From a virus (Duplodnaviria; Caudoviricetes): a DNA stretch of 57,047 bases. Under the pieces are notes generated by a model that saw only the letters and a list, made by a program, of their open reading frames with translations, did not search any database and was not told the origin of the DNA. Each line of letters opens with the position of its first letter. Within the stretch, counting starts at the first letter, position 1. The position numbers were made by a program, and so were the translations under genes. The stretch covers positions 1 through 57,047 of IMG/VR virus record IMGVR_UViG_3300021077_000161. One strand, given 5' to 3'. This document shows, in pieces, positions 52,285 through 57,047 of this stretch.

Positions 52285-55200
52285 ATGCGTAAAACTAACA
52301 AAACTTCTAGAATTTGCTATGGTCTTGGTGAGGGCGAGGCTGAATTTCAAGAACAACTAGCTAAATCAATGGTCGAGGTCAGAACTGGCAAAGATTCTGA
52401 TAAACCAACACTTACCAAGTCTATTTTAAATATTCTTGATGGTGGCGATAATAGCAACATCTCTAGATTAGCGTTTGAAACTGATCCAAGTCAAGTTAAT
52501 AATTTTGCCGGTGTTTATCATGCTAAGTTAAGGCTGGTCCCAGATTCAGTTCTTAAACGCATTGCAATACAAGATTCATTAGTTGCGTCAATTGTAAGAG
52601 CTAGGCAAAACCATTTAACTTCCTTCGGTAGACCTAGACCAGATAGATTTAGCTCTGGTTTTATTATTAAGCCAAATACTGGCACTCTTGATAAATTAGA
52701 CGCAGAAGGTAAAAAGGAATTTGCTAAAAAAGTTGAAAGAGCAATTAAACTTCTAAATACCTGTGGGCATACCGAAGGCGTCCAAACAGAACATCAAAGA
52801 ACCTTTGCTGAATACCTAGGCCTGTCTGCTAGAAGCGCAGTTGTTTGTGGCCGTATCGCTACTGAAATTGTTTATGTAAAAGATGCCACAACTGATCAAG
52901 ATAGATTCAGCCACTTCGTTTGTACAGATGCTGGAACTATTTATAGAGCTACTATAGACAAAAGTGGACAAGAATCAATTCGTAAAGACGCTTACCACCT
53001 ACTCTGTAAATTAACTGGGAAAAAACTAGTTCCTGAACGCTGGAACGACAATGAAGAATACGCTTGGGTTCAGGTAATAGAAGGTACCCCAAAGCAGGTT
53101 TTTACCAAAGACGAAATGAAGGTTTACAATTTCTATCCAGTTCCAGACGTTGAACTAGATGGTTACCCTGTAACGCCTATTGATACCGTTATTACAGCCA
53201 TAACTACCCATATTAACATAACTACCCACAACAAGCTTTATTTTCAAAGCGGTAGAGCTACAAGGGGTATGTTAATTCTAAAATCTGATGATGCTTCACC
53301 TCAAATGATTCATCAGATTAAACAAAATTTTAACGCTTGTATAAACGGATCTAACGCATCGTGGCGTATGCCGGTTTTTGGTGTGCCTACTGATGGTGAA
53401 ATAACCTGGCAACCCATTGATACCGGTGGTGGTAGGGATATGGAGTTCCAGTACCTAACTGACATGAACGCTAGGGAGATACTTACTTCGTTCATGATGT
53501 CCCCTGATGAATTGCCAGGATGGTCTTATCTCTCTAGGGGGACAGCGTCTCAGGCGTTGTCGGAATGCGTTGCGGCTGAGTCAAGAATCGTTACGTCTAG
53601 TGGACAAATCGGTATAGGCGATTTCGTAGGCCCTGTTAAAGAAAGGGAGGGTGTGTTTTGGACTGGAACAGATTGGGGGAGGGGCCGTGCTTTTAGATCT
53701 GGAGTTAAGAAGTTAGTTGAAACCGAATTAGGGTGTGGGGTTGTTTTAAGAACCTCTCCAGATCATAGATTTAGGGTTATTAATGACAACGGGGGACTTG
53801 ATTGGAAACATCAATCAGAGCTTAAGGTTGATGATAGGGTTTTGGTCAACAAAAAGCCTATAGAGGGAAATGAAGAACTAGTTCCATCTTTTAAGGGAAG
53901 AAGGCTAACCCCTGAAGTTACAGAAGTGTTAGGGTGGATGATAGGGGATGGGTGTTTAGTTGCGGATAAAGTTAGAACCGGAGCTAAACTTCATTTATTT
54001 TACCATCCCGAGGTCGAAGAGGCTGAATGGATTCAACAGAGTGAGACCTTATCAGGTTTTGGGTTAACTGTTCATCAGGAAGAGACCTTACTTAGTGATG
54101 AAGAACGAGAGGAAGAGAAAAACCGTTATGGATTTAAGAGTATTGCTTACAGAAGGCTTCGCAATACCGTATATGACACTGACTTTTATCGTTGGTTGAT
54201 AGATCTTGGTTTTTCTCCATCAAGTAGGGGAGAGATTGGGAAGACCATTCCCTCTATTTTTCACGTTTTACCTATAAAATATAGACAAGCGTTTTTAAGG
54301 GGGCTGTTTTCTGCCGATGGAGGGAAAGTAAATGAGACTGGCGGTGTTGCTTTAACTATACAAAACGGTCGGCTTAGAGATCAGGTAAGACAGATGTTGT
54401 TGGGGCTAGGGGTTAGGACTTTGCCTTGTAAAGGGATAAAAAGGCCAAAGGACAATAGGATTTCTTTTGGATCGTCTGATTATAGCTACAAGCTTTTTAT
54501 CAAAGATCGTTTTGCTTTTTGGAATTTGATTGGTTTTATTCAGCCTCATAAACAGTTATCTAAACCTCCTCAAAGATGGAGTATTGATAGGCCCCCTATG
54601 GGAGTTATTAAAAAATGTCTAATTCCTTGTAAAGAGTCTTTAGAATTCAAGAAATTAGACAAAGTACATCGGGATATGATTAACGCAATGCTTAACGGGA
54701 AGCCTTGTTCTTACAATTCTCTGGCCTCTCTTATGTCTATGTGTAACGTTGCTCCTCCATCTTGGTTTAATGATTATCATCTTGAACCAGTTTTAGCTAT
54801 CAGAGATCTTGAGAAAAACGTTGAGATGTATGACGTTGAAATGTATGACGACGTGCATGCTTTTTTGGTAGAAGGCGTTGTAACGCACAATAGCAACGGA
54901 GAATATAAGCTCACCGCAGCACGTGATGTAGGAATTAGGCCTTTATTAGCCTCATTTGAAGATTTTATTAATAGCGAACTTTTCCCACTTATAGATCTTG
55001 AGTTATCTAAACAAGCAAGAATAAGTTTGGTAGGGTTGGACGCCAATACTCCTGAAAAAGAAAACACTGAACTACAAACATCGTCAGCGGTTTATTTAAC
55101 GTTTGATGACATTCTTCAAAAAGTAGAAAAAGAACCAGTCGGTAAATCTTGGGGTGGGCAGTTACCTTTGAACCCGGTCTTTAAGTCTTATTTAGACCAA

Positions 55201-55707
55201 TATTTTACAGTTGGAGAGATAAAAGAACATTTTATGGGTATAGCTGGGGCCTCAAAAGATCCTAACTGGGCTTTTCCTATGAATCCGTTATACTTTCAAA
55301 ACCAGCAGTTATTACAGGCAGCTCAACAAGCTCAAGCGCAGGCTCAGCAACCACAGGGAGGGCCATCAGGAGGAGCGCCGCAAGGTGGTGGGCAGGAGCA
55401 ACCAGGAGAGGGGCAAGACGAGCCAACTAGAACTAATCCGCAAGATGATGCTACTGAAAAGCAACGAAGCGATCAACCCGAGGCGTCACAGCCAGCCCCT
55501 AAAGCAACTGAGTTGGGGAAGGCATTGGATCAAGCTTTTGACTTAATGCAGAAATCTGAAAATAACTTACCGCCTGAAAAACGCAGGATCTTAGATCAAC
55601 ACAAAAAAACGGTTAGTTATTTTGTTGATGGTTTTAAAAGGGACACTTACGAAGCTACAAGAGAGATTTTGGACATAGCGCGTCAACTCTCCCCTAAAGA
55701 GAAGTAA
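52285..55707 (+). CDS. Portal protein with intein
   Basis: Portal-like YF..G..RGMLI, DMEFQ..F.M.P.E, G.RPLL..ED.IN; between TerL and gpF-like gene. Confidence 0.85.
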   Translation: MRKTNKTSRICYGLGEGEAEFQEQLAKSMVEVRTGKDSDKPTLTKSILNILDGGDNSNISRLAFETDPSQVNNFAGVYHAKLRLVPDSVLKRIAIQDSLVASIVRARQNHLTSFGRPRPDRFSSGFIIKPNTGTLDKLDAEGKKEFAKKVERAIKLLNTCGHTEGVQTEHQRTFAEYLGLSARSAVVCGRIATEIVYVKDATTDQDRFSHFVCTDAGTIYRATIDKSGQESIRKDAYHLLCKLTGKKLVPERWNDNEEYAWVQVIEGTPKQVFTKDEMKVYNFYPVPDVELDGYPVTPIDTVITAITTHINITTHNKLYFQSGRATRGMLILKSDDASPQMIHQIKQNFNACINGSNASWRMPVFGVPTDGEITWQPIDTGGGRDMEFQYLTDMNAREILTSFMMSPDELPGWSYLSRGTASQALSECVAAESRIVTSSGQIGIGDFVGPVKEREGVFWTGTDWGRGRAFRSGVKKLVETELGCGVVLRTSPDHRFRVINDNGGLDWKHQSELKVDDRVLVNKKPIEGNEELVPSFKGRRLTPEVTEVLGWMIGDGCLVADKVRTGAKLHLFYHPEVEEAEWIQQSETLSGFGLTVHQEETLLSDEEREEEKNRYGFKSIAYRRLRNTVYDTDFYRWLIDLGFSPSSRGEIGKTIPSIFHVLPIKYRQAFLRGLFSADGGKVNETGGVALTIQNGRLRDQVRQMLLGLGVRTLPCKGIKRPKDNRISFGSSDYSYKLFIKDRFAFWNLIGFIQPHKQLSKPPQRWSIDRPPMGVIKKCLIPCKESLEFKKLDKVHRDMINAMLNGKPCSYNSLASLMSMCNVAPPSWFNDYHLEPVLAIRDLEKNVEMYDVEMYDDVHAFLVEGVVTHNSNGEYKLTAARDVGIRPLLASFEDFINSELFPLIDLELSKQARISLVGLDANTPEKENTELQTSSAVYLTFDDILQKVEKEPVGKSWGGQLPLNPVFKSYLDQYFTVGEIKEHFMGIAGASKDPNWAFPMNPLYFQNQQLLQAAQQAQAQAQQPQGGPSGGAPQGGGQEQPGEGQDEPTRTNPQDDATEKQRSDQPEASQPAPKATELGKALDQAFDLMQKSENNLPPEKRRILDQHKKTVSYFVDGFKRDTYEATREILDIARQLSPKEK
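53566..54891 (+). mobile_element. 442-aa intein with LAGLIDADG homing endonuclease
   Basis: Starts CVAAES, block B TSPDHRF, LGWMIGDG and LRGLFSADG, ends VVTHN followed by Ser. Confidence 0.93.
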
Positions 55708-56492
55708 TGTTAAACTTTTTTCTAAGTAAAAAAGCTGTAAAATCTATATCACAGGCGGTGCGAGCCGTCTTTTTTAGGGCTAGAAAGCGCTTCCTAAATA
55801 CTCCTGTAGAAGAAAAAGGAATTAGGTTTGGGGTCAAGCTTCCTCAAAGAGCTGCGGATAACAGAGAAGATCTGAGTCTTAAAGGAATTTTTGATGCAGG
55901 CGCTAAAAGCGAAGGTATGGTCCCCAATCCAAAATTATATGAATCTGTAGAACGAGGTGTTTCGGATTTGTTAGAAGCTCACGAAAAACTAGCTATAGCA
56001 AGAATCTTGAACTCTGTCCAGTCCTATTTATCTGATTCTGACCTAGGAAGCTCTACCGCCAATCCAGAAAAAGAACTCGGAAAAGTCTTGCAAGACAATT
56101 TTGAGAAAGTGACTCAAGATGTTGAAAAAGTGGTAAACACAGAGGCTAATAAAGCCAAGAATATCAGTACGTTAGATGCTATTTCTAAGATATCAGCAAC
56201 TATAGGGGTTGAAGACCCTGCATTGTACTTTGCTGGACCCGTAGATAGCAATACATGTAAGAGTTGTTTAAAGATGTATTTTTTGGAAGATCAAGTAACT
56301 CCAAGGGTATGGAAGACATCGGAGTTAAAGTCGGGATATTTTAAAAGGGGTGACACTTGTCCTTGTATAGGATCTCTTCATACGAATTGCCGTCACGCAT
56401 TATGTTCTGTAATGCCCGGTTATGGTTTTAAAAACGGGAAGTTAGCTTACATAAATCCAGGGTACAGCGTCATAGACGCCCAAAGGGGATAA
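55707..56492 (+). CDS. Head morphogenesis protein (Mu gpF/SPP1 gp7-like)
   Basis: D..TCKSC..LHTNCRH; directly after portal. Confidence 0.75.
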   Translation: MLNFFLSKKAVKSISQAVRAVFFRARKRFLNTPVEEKGIRFGVKLPQRAADNREDLSLKGIFDAGAKSEGMVPNPKLYESVERGVSDLLEAHEKLAIARILNSVQSYLSDSDLGSSTANPEKELGKVLQDNFEKVTQDVEKVVNTEANKAKNISTLDAISKISATIGVEDPALYFAGPVDSNTCKSCLKMYFLEDQVTPRVWKTSELKSGYFKRGDTCPCIGSLHTNCRHALCSVMPGYGFKNGKLAYINPGYSVIDAQRG

Positions 56493-56498
56493 TTTGGT

Positions 56499-56578
56499 TG
56501 GCCGATGGGATTTTGAACCTACGTAGCCGAAGCAGCTAGTTTACAGCCAGCCCCATTTGACCTCTTTGGCACCTATCA
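56499..56578 (-). tRNA. tRNA-Tyr(GTA), defective T arm (pseudo-tRNA or read error)
   Basis: Anticodon arm GCTGG-CTGTAAA-CTAGC, long variable arm, CCA; 3' strand of T stem (CCTAC) missing. Confidence 0.65.
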
Positions 56579-56586
56579 GTAATTTG

Positions 56587-56660
56587 TCAGAGTGGGAAGA
56601 TTTGAACTTCCGACTTTCTGTTTCCAAAACAGAAGCGCTACCAGGCTGCGCTACACTCTA
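56587..56660 (-). tRNA. tRNA-Pro(TGG)
   Basis: TAGAGTG/CACTCTG acceptor, TCTGT-TTTGGAA-ACAGA anticodon arm, GGAAG-TTCAAAT-CTTCC T arm. Confidence 0.9.
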
Positions 56661-56679
56661 GTGTTTTAAAGATTGTTAT

Positions 56680-57047
56680 TTAAATTGTATCTCGTTCAGT
56701 CCCACAAGTTACAGCAGAGCATTCAGCTAGATTTATAATATGCTTAGTCCCTCTAGCGTCAGTAACTCTAACTAAGTTATATGGATATTTTAGCAGACAG
56801 TCATAAGTGTCTTTTCTTAGGTCCAAGCAAATGACATGATTGTCTGGTTTGATTAAAAAAGAAGCTGTCACATAGGTTAGTTTTTCTTGATTGACGTTGT
56901 CGTCGCAATTTGCTTTCAGCTCTTCATTTTCTTGATGCAATCGGGTCACTTTTTTAGTTAGGTCTGTTTGGGAGCTTTTTGGTTCTTTGCCATTATGGGT
57001 TCCTTCGGTTAGGTAGGTTGTACCTTTGATTTCAGCCTTCCCACAAA
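56680..57047 (-). CDS. Third hexapeptide-repeat family paralog, 5'-truncated
   Basis: Frame open to window edge: CGKAEIKGTTYLTEGTH..VTRLHQENEELKA, matching 40257-40390 and 120-250. Confidence 0.7.
   Translation of the reverse strand, partial: CGKAEIKGTTYLTEGTHNGKEPKSSQTDLTKKVTRLHQENEELKANCDDNVNQEKLTYVTASFLIKPDNHVICLDLRKDTYDCLLKYPYNLVRVTDARGTKHIINLAECSAVTCGTERDTI

Noticed and set aside
1-57047. Stop-codon reassignment suggested by the UUA tRNA
   Set aside because: Long conserved genes are intact in the standard code and end at TAA, TAG and TGA, often coupled to the next start

Overview
57-kb segment of a large, AT-rich tailed phage genome, probably a myovirus. It carries packaging and head genes (putative TerS, TerL, an intein-containing portal, a Mu gpF-like protein), contractile-tail genes (chaperones, tape measure, hub, spike, LysM/gp25-like wedge, fibres), DNA metabolism genes (ATP-dependent ligase, Rad50/Mre11-like pair, methyltransferases, several HNH/EndoVII nucleases), a GroES-like gene, tRNAs and tRNA-like RNAs. 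Virion-type genes preceded by an AACAATCT motif are interleaved with opposite-strand accessory genes preceded by sigma70-like promoters. The most striking system is a family of transposase-free TnpB cassettes (12443-13565 and 42877-44008). They appear to insert immediately after a resident start codon, are bounded by complementary ends, and restart the interrupted gene through a mini-ORF > tnpB > MGVNRIGT translational-coupling chain. A third, protein-free and streamlined omegaRNA copy (about 44931-45140) sits just before the mre11/sbcD start. Other oddities are a tRNA-like RNA with a UUA anticodon and branched variable arm, two further structured RNAs, an 11-copy dispersed ~45-aa domain family, and a tail-chaperone pair split by an antisense gene. 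All calls come from reading motifs by eye; no database search or folding program was run.
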